Below, in pieces: positions 1 through 10,935 of a stretch of 64,000 bases of DNA; positions within the stretch are counted from its first letter, which is position 1; each line of letters begins with the position of its first letter. Position numbers and translations under genes: made by a program. The stretch covers positions 191,954,001 to 192,018,000 of the forward strand of contig NC_086097.1 of assembly GCF_963921235.1 (NCBI RefSeq). The letters are read 5' to 3'. Source of the DNA: Mobula hypostoma (lineage: Eukaryota). The notes beneath the pieces are model-generated. The model ran no database searches and had not been told where the DNA came from. It worked only from the letters and a program-made list of their open reading frames with translations.

Positions 1-356
1 TACCTGATGCCATTATTTTGAGTGTAAATCTACCAGGGACATTTGTTCTTTATATTATGCATAGTGTCAATTAATTGCAGCGAACAACCATTAACAAGAA
101 TCTGAAGACATATTCCAAATGTATGGCTAAGCACTAGCAGGTTATCACATACTCTTACAGGTGATACTTTTATCTAACTATGAGTTTTCAAGTGCTAAAT
201 TATGTGCACTCTATTGCTTTTCTTCATCTTCTTTTACAGTTGATGAAACAGGAAGTATATGGGCAGAAGATGCTGATTAGTGCAGATATAGAGTGTGGGA
301 AGATAAGATGAAGGTTGCAGCTTGCAGACCGATAGATTTTTACTTAAGTCCTGGTG

Positions 357-629
357 TGGGCATGTGAGGTGGTTAAGGCATTGGACTAGCGACCTGAAGG
401 TCGTGAGTTCAAGCCCCAGCCAAGGCAACGTGTTGTGTCCTTGAGCAAGGCACTCTGCAACGACACTGGTGCCAAGCTGTATGGGTCCTAATGCCCTTCC
501 CTTGGACAACATTGGTATCGTGGAGAGGGGAGACTTGCAGCTTCCATACAACCTTGCCCAGGCCCGCGCCCTGGAGAGTGAAGACTTTCCAGGCGCAGAT
601 CCATGGTCTCGCAAGACTAACGGATGCCT
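357..629 (+). mobile_element. tRNA-derived CORE-type SINE
   Basis: Pol III A-box-like GTGGTTAAGGCATTGG and B-box-like GAGTTCAAGCC, followed by the CORE-like motif GTGTCCTTGAGCAAGGCACT and a LINE-like 3' tail ending GACTAACGGATGCCT. Confidence 0.75.
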
Positions 630-644
630 GAAAGATATCATGCC

Positions 645-760
645 AATTGAAGGCAGGAGATTGGGGCTGAGAGGAAATTTGGATCAGCCATGATGAGATG
701 ATGGAGTAGGCTCGGTGGGCCAAATGGCCTAATTCTGCTCCTATATCTTATGGTCTTACA
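645..760 (+). mobile_element. CR1 LINE 3' UTR fragment
   Basis: GGATCAGCCATGAT...GGGCCAAATGGCCTAATTCTGCTCCTATATCTTATGGTCTT resembles the 3' ends of the CR1 copies at about 10140-10220 and 14404-14500. Confidence 0.7.
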
Positions 761-1929
761 GTCTTAATTCTTGCCAGATTCTTTCTGCTGTACATGTACT
801 CAGTCTGTGCAGAGACTGGTACTGGATTAGGGTGTTGGCAGTGAAACAAAATAACAAAAAGCTGATTGACGACCTCTGGTTTGTTCATTCTACTCTTCAG
901 CAAGGTGAGACCAATCAAAAAAAAACACCAATAGATTAGGCTGCAGGCCTTTGCAGACTGCCTAATGAAGGAGGAAAGTCAAGTCTGAGTGTAAGACATT
1001 GTCGATTGAGGATATTGCAATAGCTAGATTTATCATGAATGTCTGCATCTCAGTCAGCATGGCTTCCAGTGACACCACAACCTCTCTAAGCACTTTGATC
1101 TGTTTGATATCATTCAAATCTATTGGTGTTGATACGAGCAACTAAAGTTACAATGTGTAAACACACTACTGTAGCTCTGAATCTCACCATTCGAAATATA
1201 ATTGTTCCTATGACCAGCAGCCTGCCATTTGCATTTGTTCTTTATTACCCAGGCTCTGTATTTCATCACAAGCTCTTTACTATAACTTACACTGTTTGCC
1301 TTTGTAGATTCAGATACAGGTCTACAGAGTTGTAAAATCAAGCATTTTTGACTTTTTGATTTAATTATTTTATTTTTTTTGTTTTCCTTGTCACTCAGCA
1401 CATTGCTCAAAGGTATCCATAAATACTTTTGCTTTATGTTGAAGGTTTTAGAAATATAGGAACATCGAACAACAAGAAAAGGAGGATACTGACCCTTTAA
1501 TTCTGTTCTGTTCTATCCAGTTTTGTGACATTGGCAAACTTGGATATGTTAAATTTGGTTCCCACATCAAAATTACAGTAGTATTGTAAGGCACAAGCAC
1601 TGAATACCATAACATTACACAGGTTAACACCTGGCACCAAGAAAAAAAACATTTATTCCTACATTCTGGTTCTTTTTGTGAACCAGTTTTCCATTCATGT
1701 CAGTTTATTGAACTTAATCCTACCTAATTTTGAACACCAACTTCAAAAATTGAAATACACTCTATCCACTGATTTTTCCTAAGTGATATACCAGGTGTAT
1801 TGCTAAGTAACTCCAATAGGTTTGTTAGTTAATTTCCCTTTCATTTATCCATATTGTCACTGACTAATGCCTTTGATATTTCTGAATGTCCTATTCTAAC
1901 ATCGTTTATAATACACCCTAACATTTTCC

Positions 1930-2700
1930 TTATTATTGATATGCTTCATGAATTACCCTTGCTATTTTTTTAAATAGTGGGATTATACTTGCTGTCTTCC
2001 AATCTGAAAGAACCATCTGGTAATCTGTAAAATTTTTGAAAATGACGATGTCTTCCACAACTTCCTGGCAGTACATGCCAGTACAGATGCTGAGATCTGT
2101 ACCAAAATATAAAGTGAACTCAAGGAGGGGGGAGGTCAAGCCCTATTTGTGGAGGAATGGGGTCTCTTCCAGCAGTTCATTCTTTACTCCACTATTTCCT
2201 ACCTACCTCTTTTAGGCTCCGTTGAACTTCCAGAATATTTGTGACCTCTTCTAAGAAGAGTGAACAATAGGGTTTGTTTAATTGATCTGCCAATCCTTTA
2301 TTCCCATTTGTAAATTATCCCGTTCCTGATTGCCAGTGCCCTGTACTTGTATTCACCAACCTTCTGCCTATTACATGCTAATGAAAGTTCAAATTGTGTC
2401 CTTTCTTCTGTGCAAATACGTTTTATTCTCATGATCAGAATCTTGGTCCTTTTTAATGCTCCTAAACTGCTTCTAATCCTCAGCCTTATTACTTCTTCAG
2501 GTAATTTTGATTGTCTTTTCCTTGAATTTAATACTACCCTTAAATTCTTTTGTTCAGCATTGTTGGACACAGTTCAATTTGTCTTTTTGTGTCGGAAGGG
2601 TATGTTAGATTGTTGTAGTTCCTGTATTCATTTTTAAATGTTGGGCACTACCCGTCCACCATATCCTTGAAGGAAAGTTATCAACCCATCCCAGTATGTA
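1930..2700 (-). mobile_element. Old, highly decayed CR1 ORF2 fragment
   Basis: Minus-strand translation DWKTASIIPLFKK matches the CR1 motif DWRVANVTPLFKK seen in the intact copies; many stops. Confidence 0.55.
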
Positions 2701-2750
2701 TCTGAAACAAAGATATTTAATATAATATATGCAAAGCATAAGCATGATTC

Positions 2751-3213
2751 ATGACGCCTTATATTCCATCTGGGTAGCCTCCAACCTGATGGCATGAACA
2801 TCGACTTCTCTGACTTCCGCTAAGGCCCCGCCTCCCCCTCGTACTCCATCTGTTACTCATTTTTATGCACGCGTTCTTTCTCTCACTCTCCTTTTTCTCC
2901 CTCTGTCCCTCTGAATATACCTCTTGCCCATCCTCTGGGTCCCCCCCTCCTTGTCTTTCTTCCCGGACCTCCTGTCCCATGATCCTCTCGTATCCCCTTT
3001 TGCCTATCACCTGTCCAGCTCTTGGCTCTATCCCTCCCCCTCCTGTCTTCTCCTATCATTTTGGATCTCCCCCTCCCCCTCCAACTTTCAAATCCCTTAC
3101 TCACTCTTCCTTCAGTTAGTCCTGACGAAGGGTCTCGGCCTGAAACGTCGACTGCATCGCTTCCTACAGATGCTGCTTGGCCTGCTGCGTTCACCAGCAA
3201 CTTTGATGTGTGT
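2751..3213 (+). mobile_element. Penelope-like element 3' end (end of GIY-YIG ORF plus pseudo-LTR), young subfamily A
   Basis: Encodes the C-terminal FHLGSLQPDGMNIDF, then a pyrimidine-rich pLTR closely matching the reverse complement of about 33550-34010. Flanked by a 10-bp direct repeat AGCATGATTC (2741-2750, 3214-3223). Confidence 0.85.
3118..3153 (+). ncRNA. Minimal type I hammerhead ribozyme motif (PLE-associated), intact core
   Basis: AGTC-CTGACGA-AGG(GTCTCGG)CCT-GAAA-CGTC-GACT: stem I AGTC/GACT, catalytic boxes CUGANGA and GAAA, stem II AGG/CCU, palindromic ACGU in place of stem III, GUC cleavage triplet. Confidence 0.8.
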
Positions 3214-3660
3214 AGCATGATTCTGCACAGCTTTCTTCCTGGCCATGAGTTGGATACACAAACTGTGAGTTTTAAAGCATGGTAGGGACGACCTCATTCA
3301 CAAACAATTTTAGACTTTAAGTATGTATGAATTGCTAAAAATATCAAAATTCAAAGTTCAAAGTAAATTTATTATCAAAGTACATATATGTCACCATATA
3401 CAACTCTGGGATGAATTTTCTTGTGGACATACACAGTAAGTCCAAGAACCATAATAGAATCAATGAAAGCCCCACCCAACAGGTCAGACAAACAACCAGT
3501 GTGCAAAAGACAACAAACTGTGCAAATACAAAAGAAAAAAAAAACAATAAATAAGCAATTAATATTCAGAATAGGAGATGAAGAGTCCTTGAAAGTGATT
3601 CCACAGGTTGTGGGAACAGTTCAGTGATGGGGTAATTGAAGTTGAATGAAGTTATCCTTA

Positions 3661-4002
3661 AACAACAGGAATTCTGCAGATGCTGGAAATTCAAGCAACA
3701 CACATCAAAGTTGCTGGTGAACGCAGCAGGCCAGGCAGCATCTCTAGGAAGAAGTGCAGTCGATGTTTCAGGCCGAGACCCTCTGTCAGGACTAACTGAA
3801 GGAAGAGTGAGTAAGAGATCCACCCCTCCCTCTCCTGTCTTCTCCTATCATTTTGGATCTCCCCCTCCCCTTCCAACTTCCAAATCTCTTACTCACTCTT
3901 CCTTCAGTTAGTCCTGACGAAGGGTCTCGGCCTGAAACGTCGACTGCACCTCTTTCTAGAGATGCTGCCTGGCCTGCTGCGTTCACCAGCAACTTTGATG
4001 TG
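3661..4002. mobile_element. Non-autonomous fold-back PLE mini-element (inverted pLTR arms) with 14-bp TSD
   Basis: Arm 3700-3819 is the reverse complement of arm 3884-4002; flanked by TGAAGTTATCCTTA at 3647-3660 and 4003-4016. Confidence 0.85.
3910..3945 (+). ncRNA. Minimal hammerhead ribozyme motif, intact core
   Basis: AGTC CTGACGA AGG GTCTCGG CCT GAAA CGTC GACT, identical to 3118-3153; a mutated antisense partner lies at 3758-3793. Confidence 0.8.
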
Positions 4003-4439
4003 TGAAGTTATCCTTATTGATTCACGAGCCTGATTGTTGAGGGGTAATAATTGTTCCTGAACATGGTGGTATGAGACCTGAGGCTCCTGTACCTTCTTCC
4101 TGATGACAGCAGTGAGAAGAGAGAATGACTTGGATGGTGGGGGTTTTGGATTCTGAATGCTGCTTTCCTGCGAGAGCACTCCACACAGATGTGCTCAATG
4201 GTGGGAAGTGCTTTTGACTTGTTAGATTGGGCCATGTCCATTCCTTTTTGTAGGATTTTCTGTTAAAGGGCATTGGTGTTTCCTTACTAGGCTGTAATGC
4301 AACCAGTCAGTATACTCCCTACCACACATCTATGGAAGGTTGTCAAAGATTTAGATGTCATGTCAAATCTTCACAAACATCTAAGGAAGTAGAGGTGCTA
4401 TCATGTTTTCTTTGTAATTGTACTTGTATGCTGAGTCAT

Positions 4440-6265
4440 CCTGCAGTAATACACCAAGCAGCCTTATTAACATTGGGGATCTTCCATCCACTGCCACCAA
4501 CCTCATAGTTTCCTCACCCTGCACCTCCCATTTCTACTTCCTACCCAAGATCCACAAACCTGCCTGTCCATGTTGAGCCATTGTTTCTGCATATTCCCAC
4601 CTCACTGCATACCCCATTTCAGTTTTATCCACCTAGTTCAGTCCCTTCCTATCTAGGTCTGTGACACTTCACACGCTCTTGATCTTTTCAATGATTTCAA
4701 GATCCCTGACACCGATCATCTTATCACAAACAAGAGAAAATCTGTAGACGCTGGAAATCTGAGCAACACACATAGAATGCTGGAGGAACTCAGCAGGCCA
4801 GGCAGCAGCTAGGAAAAGAGTACAGTTAACATTTTGGTCAGAAACCCTTTGGTAGGACTCGGTAGGATCATTTTATTTTCACTATGGATGTGCATTCTTT
4901 ATACACAGCCATCCCTCACCAGGAAGGCCTCAAAGCTCTCCATTTCTTTCTGGACCCCAGACTCAACCAGTACCCCTCCACCACGACTCTTCTCGGTCTG
5001 GCAGAATTTGTCCAACTGCTAATAATTTTCCTTCGGCTTTTCCCATTTCCTCAAACAAAAGGTGTAGTCATAGGCACTCGCATGGGTCCCAGCTATGCCT
5101 GACTTTTTGTCGGCTACGTAGAACAGTCTATCTTCCAACCCTACACTGGTATCATTACAATACACACAAAATGCTGGTGGAATGCAGCAGGCCAGGCAGC
5201 ATCAATAAGAAGAAGTACAGTCGACGTTTTGGGCCGAGGCCCTTAGTCCTGACCTTACCTTATCTTCCCACCAGCCTCCATGTCCAGCACATAATTCTCG
5301 GTAATTCTGCCATCTCCAGCAGCATCCTAGCACAAAGCACATATCTCTGTTGCACTCCCCCTCCACCCACGTTCTGCTGTCCACAGGGATTGCAACCCCA
5401 CTCGATGCCCTAGTCCATTTGTCCCTCCCCACTGATCTCCCTGCTGACACTTATTCTTGCAAGTGGACACGTGCTACACCTGCCCCTAAAACTCCTCCCT
5501 CACTGCTATTCAGGGCTGCAAACAGTCCTTCCAGGTGAGATGGGTCTTCACCTGTGAGTCTGTTGGGGTCATCTACTGTATCCAGTGCTCCCAGTGTGGC
5601 CTCCTGTATATCGGGGAGATCCAACTCAGACTGAGAGACCGCTTCGCCGAGCTCCTACACTCCATCTGCCAGAAAAAGCGGGATGACCCAGTGGCCACCC
5701 ATTTTACGTCCTCTTCTCATTCCCATTCCGACATGTCAGTCTACGGCTTGCTCTACTGTCGAGGTGAGGTCACACTCAGTTTGGAGGAGCAACATATTAT
5801 ATATCATTTGGGTAGCCTTCAACCTGATGGAATTAACATCGAGATCTCTAACTTCCGCGACAGCCATCCCCATCTTCACCATTCTCCATTCCCATTTTCC
5901 TCAATCACTTTATCCCCATACCTGCCTATCATCTCCTGTGGTTCTCCTCCTCCTTTTCTTTCATCCATGGCCTTCTGTCCTCTCCTATCAGATTCCCCCT
6001 TCTCCAGCCCTTTACTGCTTTCATAAATCAATGTTCCAAACCTGTCCCCTCCCAGTTTTGCCTATCACCTTGTGGTTTTTCCTCTCTTTCCCCTACTTTC
6101 TTACTCTGACTCCTCATAATGTTTTTCCAGTCCTGATGAAGGATCTTGGCCCAAAACATCAACTGTACCATTTGCCAAAGATTCTACGGGGCTTGCTGAG
6201 TTCCTCCAGCATTTTGTGTTTGTTGCTTGGATTTCCAGTATCTGCAGATTTTCTTTTGTTTGTGA
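4440..6265 (+). mobile_element. Decayed Neptune-type Penelope-like retroelement (RT, Cys-rich linker, GIY-YIG endonuclease, pLTR)
   Basis: RT motifs MDVHSLYTAIPHQEG and KGVVIGTRMGPSYA; GIY-YIG motif VIYCIQCSQCGLLYIGE...LRDRFAE...GSLQPDGIN; pLTR with a degenerate hammerhead at 6129-6164. Interrupted by short antisense pLTR inserts at 4725-4865 and about 5158-5250. Confidence 0.85.
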
Positions 6266-6620
6266 TTGGACACCAAGGAATTTACAGTTGCTGATCTTCT
6301 CCACCTCTGATTCCCCCATTGAGGACTGGCTCTTGGACTTCTGGTTTGCTGCTCCTGAAGTCAATTCCTTGGTCTTGCTGACATTGAGAGAGAGATTGTT
6401 GTTGTGGCACCACTCAGCCAGATTTTCAATTTCCCTCCTATGTGCAGATTCAGCCAACAGCAGTGGTGCTATCAGCAAACTTAAATATGGCATTGGAGAT
6501 GCCTTTAACTACACAGGCATAAGTATAAAGTGAGTAGAGCAGGGGCTAACCACATAGCCTTGTGGTGCACCAGTGCTTGTGGAGATTGTGAAGAAGATTT
6601 GTTGCAAGTCTGATTTGTAT
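6266..6620 (-). mobile_element. Rex1/Babar LINE RT fragment
   Basis: HRREIENLAEWCHNNNLSLNVSKTKEL...KFLG. Confidence 0.75.
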
Positions 6621-6739
6621 GCGCTTAATTTTGAGGACTCTATCTGTTGTTCTCAGAATATGAATCTATAGACATGTGGTCGATATTTAGGGATCTCTTA
6701 CAGGATGTTAGGGATAAATTTGTCCCAGTGAGGAAGATA

Positions 6740-8322
6740 ATGAATGGTAGGGTGAATAAACATGGGTGACAAGTGAGGTGGAAAATCTAGTCAGGTTGAA
6801 GAAGGCAGCACACATGAGGTTTAGGAAGCAAGGATCAGATGGGTCTATTGAGGAATATAGGGTAGCAAGAAAGGAGCTTAAGAAGGGGCTGAAGAGAGCT
6901 AGGAGGGGGCGTGAGAAGGCCTTGATGAGTAGGGTAAAGGAAAACCCCAAGGCATTCTTCAATTATGTGAAGAATAAAAGGATGACAGGAGTGAAGGTAG
7001 GACTGATTAGAGATAAAGGTGGGAAGATGTGCCTAGAGGCTGTGGAAGAGAGCAAGGTCCTCAATAAATACTTCTCTTCGGTATTCACCAATGAGAGGGA
7101 ACTTGATGATGGTGAGGACAATATGAGTGAGGTTGATGTTCTGGAGCATGTTGATATTAAGGGAGAGGAGGTGTTGGAGTTGTTAAAATACATTAGGACA
7201 GGTAAGTCCCTAGGGCCTGACGGAATATTCCCCAGGCTGCTCCACGAGGTGAGGGAAGAGATTGCTGAGCCTCTGGCTAGGATCTTTATTTCCTCATTGT
7301 CCACGGGAATGGTACCGGAGGATTGGAGGGAAGTGAATGTTGTCCACTTGTTCAAGAAAGGTAGTAAGGATAGTCCGGGTAATTATAGACCAGTGAGCCT
7401 TACGTTTGTGGTGGGAAAGCTGTTGGAAAAGATTCTTAGAGATAGGATCTATGGCCATTCAGAGAATCATGGTCTGATCAGGGACAGTCAGCATGGCTTT
7501 GTGAAGGGCAGATGGTGTCTAACAAGTTTGATAGAGTTCTTTGAGGAGGTGACTAGGCATATAGATGAGGGTAGTGCAGTGGATATGATCTACATGGATT
7601 TTAGTAAGGCATTCGACAAGGTTCCACACGGTAGGCTTATTCAGAAAGTCAGAAGGTGTGGGATCCAGGAAAGTTTGGCCAGGTGGATTCAGAATTGGCT
7701 TGCCTGCAGAAAGCAGAGGGTCATGGTGGAGGGAGTACATTCAGATTGGAGGGTTGTGACTAGTGGTGTCACACAAGGATGGGTTCTGGTTCCTCTATTT
7801 TTCGTTATTTTTATTAACTACCTGGATGTGGGGGTAGAAGGATGGGCTGGCAAGTTTACAGATGACATAAAGGTTGGTGGTGTTGTGGATAGTGTAGAGA
7901 ATTGTTGAAGATTGCAGAGAGACACTGATAGGTTGCAGAAGTGGGCTGAGAATTGACAGATGGATTTCAACCTGGAGAAGTGTGAGGTGGTACACTTTGG
8001 AAGGAAAAACTCCAAGGCAGAGTACAAAGTAAATGGCAGGATACTTGGTAGTGTGAAGGAGCAGAGGGATCTGGGGGTACATGTCCACAGATCAGTGAAA
8101 GTTAGAGGAAGGTTTTTTATTCAGAGAGTGGTTGGTGCGTGGAATGCACTGCCTGAGTCAATGGTGGAGGCAGATACACTAGTGAAGTTTAAGGGACTAC
8201 TAGACAGGTATATGGAGGAATTTAAGGTGGGCGGTTATATGGGAGACAGTGTTTAAGGGTGGGCACAACATTGTGGGCCGAAGGGTCTGTACTGTGCTGT
8301 ACTATTCTATGTTCTATGTTCT
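6740..8322 (+). mobile_element. 5'-truncated CR1 LINE (ORF2 reverse transcriptase, internal deletion near 8100)
   Basis: 380-aa ORF with NYRPVSL, QHGF, DFSKAFDKV, SGVTQG, KFTDD; jumps from RSVKV to RGRFFIQRVV; ends in TTCTATGTTCTATGTTCT. Confidence 0.95.
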
Positions 8323-8329
8323 TTGTTAT

Positions 8330-8665
8330 ATGAAATCGGTGTGTCGTGGCTGACGGAAGATCTCTGGCTGTGTGCTCAGAGACCCGAGATCTTTGGGCAT
8401 AGAACTTGGAAACAGCGATGCCACGGACTTTTAACATCGTAAATCAGCGAGTTGTTTGTTATGTTTTCCCTCTTGCTTAATAGGGAGAGAGAGAGCCTGT
8501 TATATGTTGAATACCGGGTGAACGAGTAGTCTTTGGGGTACTGCAAGTCTGTGTCTTTGCTGTTGCTTTGCTGCTTGCTTGAGTGCTCCGTGGTGGGTGC
8601 TGATGCCTTTTTGCTGGTGGGGAGGGGTGATCGTTGCTTTGCTGCTACTTACGTGTGGGAGGAAG
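8330..8665 (+). mobile_element. Fragment of the non-coding interspersed element found at 55410-56418
   Basis: Shares GAGACCCGAGATCTTTG, ACCGGGTGAACGAGTAGTCTTTGGG and TACTGCAAGTCT with the reverse complement of 55560-55910. Confidence 0.75.
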
Positions 8666-8674
8666 ATGATGTTT

Positions 8675-10220
8675 GAGAAACTGAACAGTCTGAATGTAGA
8701 TAAGTCAGTTAGACTTGATGGACCAAACCCCAGGGTTCTAAAATAGGTAGCTGAGGAGACCATGGAGGCATTAGTAATGATCTTTTAAGAATCAAATAGA
8801 TTTTGGCATGATCCTGGATGACTGAAAAATTGCAAATGTCACTCCACTCTTCGAGAAGGTGGGGAGGCAGAAGAAAGGAAATTATAGGCTAGTTATCCTG
8901 ACCAAAGTGCTTGGGAAGTTATTAGAGTTGATTGTTAAGGATGTGGTTTCAGGATACTTGGAGTCACATGATGAAATGGGCCAAAATCAGCATGGTTTCC
9001 TTAAGAGAAAATCTAACCCAACAATTCTGTCCGAATTCTTTGAAGAAACGACATGTAGGATAGAAACAACAAGGAGAATCAGTGAACGTTGTGTACTTGG
9101 ATTTTCAGAAGGCCTTTGAAAAGCTGCCATGCATGAGGCTGCTAAACAAAATTAGAGCCCATGGTATTACAGGAGAGATACTAGCATGGATAGAGCATTG
9201 AATGATTGGCAAGAGGCAGAGTGGGAATAATGGGTTCCTTTTCAGCTTGAGACCACTTCTTTTTATATGCCATTGATTTGGATGATGAAATTGATGGCTT
9301 TGTGTCAAAGTTTGTGGATGACATGAAGATAGGTGAAGGGAAAAAGTTGAGGAATTAGAGAGGCTGAGGGAGGACTTAGACAGATGAGGAGAATGGGCAA
9401 AATGGTGGCAGATGGAATATATTATCAGGAAGTGTATGGTCATACACTTCAGTAGAAAGAATAAAAGCATAAATTATTTTCTAAATGTGGAAAAAAATTC
9501 GAAAATCAGAGGTGCAAAGGATTTTGGGAGGTTCTTGTGTAGGATTCCCGCAAAGTTAATTTGTAGGCTGAGTCAGTCATGAGTAAGGCGAATGCAATGT
9601 TAGCTTTCATTTCAAGAGGACTAGAATATAAAAGCATGGATGTAATACTGAGGCTTGATAAGTGAGGTGAGGCCTCACTTGGAGTAGTGTGAACAGTTTT
9701 GGACCCCTTATTGAAGAAAGGATGTGCTGACATTGGAAAGTGTTCACAGGAGGTTCACAAAAATTATTTCAGGAATGAGAGCGTTATCATGTGAGCGCTG
9801 CTCGAAGGTTCTGGCACTCTACCCATGAGAACTTAGAAAAATGAGGAGAGATCTCATTGAAACTTATTGAATCTTGAAAGGCCCAGACAGAGTAGATGTG
9901 AGGTGGATGATTCCTTTGGTAGGGGAACCTAGGACCAGAGGGCACAGCCTCATAATAGAGGGATATCCATTTAGAACAGAGATGAGAAGGAATTTCCAAA
10001 GGGTAGTAAATCTGTGGAATTCATTGCCACAGGCAGCTGTGGAGGCCAGGTCACTGGGTGCATTTAAGGTAGAGGTTGATAGGTTCATTATTAGTCAGGT
10101 TATGGAGAGAAGAAAGGAGAATAGAGTTAAGAGGTAAATGGATCAGCCATGATAAAGTGGCAGAGCAGACTAGATAGGCTGAATAGCCAAATTCTGCTCC
10201 TTTGTGTTATTATCTTATGA
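8675..10220 (+). mobile_element. Decayed CR1 LINE (RT to 3' UTR)
   Basis: KGNYRLVILT, QNQHGF, RTRGHSL, QRVVNLWNSLPQ, then a CR1 3' UTR; many stops and frameshifts. Confidence 0.9.
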
Positions 10221-10349
10221 ACATAGAAGGCATTGATCTTTATCTGGGAGTGAAGCCCTGTCAGATATAGCACTTGATTTTACTTTGCAAGAGATGATAA
10301 CCTTCAAGTCTTGCCTCAGCTGAGGAGCATCCTTCATCAGCAACTTTTC

Positions 10350-10935
10350 CTATGCTACCTCGACGACTGCACTGGTGCTGCTTCCTGCACTGAAGTGGAG
10401 CTTGTTGACCTCCAACTTCCAGCCTGCCTTCAAATTAACCTGGTCCATTTCCAACACCTTCCTCCCCTTTCTTGATCTTTCTGTCTTTATCTCAGAAGAC
10501 AGCTTATCTACTGATGTCTATTGTAAACACACTGACTCTTGCAGCTACCTGGATGATATCCCTTCCCACCCGGTTACTTGTAAAAATACCATCCTCTTCT
10601 CTCAATTCCTCTTTTTCTGCTGTATCTGCTCTCTGAGTGAGGTTTTTCATTCCAGAACTAAGGAGATGTCAATGAAAGGAGCTTCCATTCCTCCATCATC
10701 GATGCTGCCCTCAACTACATCTCTTCCATTTTGTGCACGTCTGCCCTCACCCCATCCTCCTGCTACCTCACCAGGTATAGGGTTCCTCGTGTTCTCACTT
10801 ACGACCACACCAGCCTCTGCGTCCAGAATCAGAATCAGAATCAGAACCAGGTTTATTATCACCAGCATGTGACATGAAATTTGTCCAGCACATAATTCTC
10901 CATAACTTCCGTAATCTCCAATGGGATCCCACCAC
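10350..10935 (+). mobile_element. Penelope-like RT fragment
   Basis: YLDD at about 10355, LPFLDLSV, DVYCKHTDSCSYL, FSQFL; contains a short inserted LINE tail (CAGAAT)n at about 10827-10882. Confidence 0.8.

Larger units (their letters stand above)
3345..4435 (-). mobile_element. Rex1/Babar-type (L2-group) LINE 3' end, interrupted by a PLE fold-back insert
   Basis: ORF 4014-4241 (HHPSHSLFSLLSSGRRYRSL...FRNNYYPSTIRL) is typical of the Rex1/Babar ORF2 C-terminus; 3' tail AATAAA...TTTGAACTTTGAA; an uninterrupted relative lies at 42497-43125. Confidence 0.75.

Noticed and set aside
357..425. tRNA gene
   Set aside because: It has A/B boxes but no proper acceptor stem and continues into a CORE domain and tail, so it is a SINE head
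2865..3992. Recurring small ORFs (PDEGSRPETST...DAAWPAAF and LLVNAAGQAAS) as a peptide family
   Set aside because: These are translations of the repeated PLE pLTR; conservation follows the RNA motif and frames break between copies
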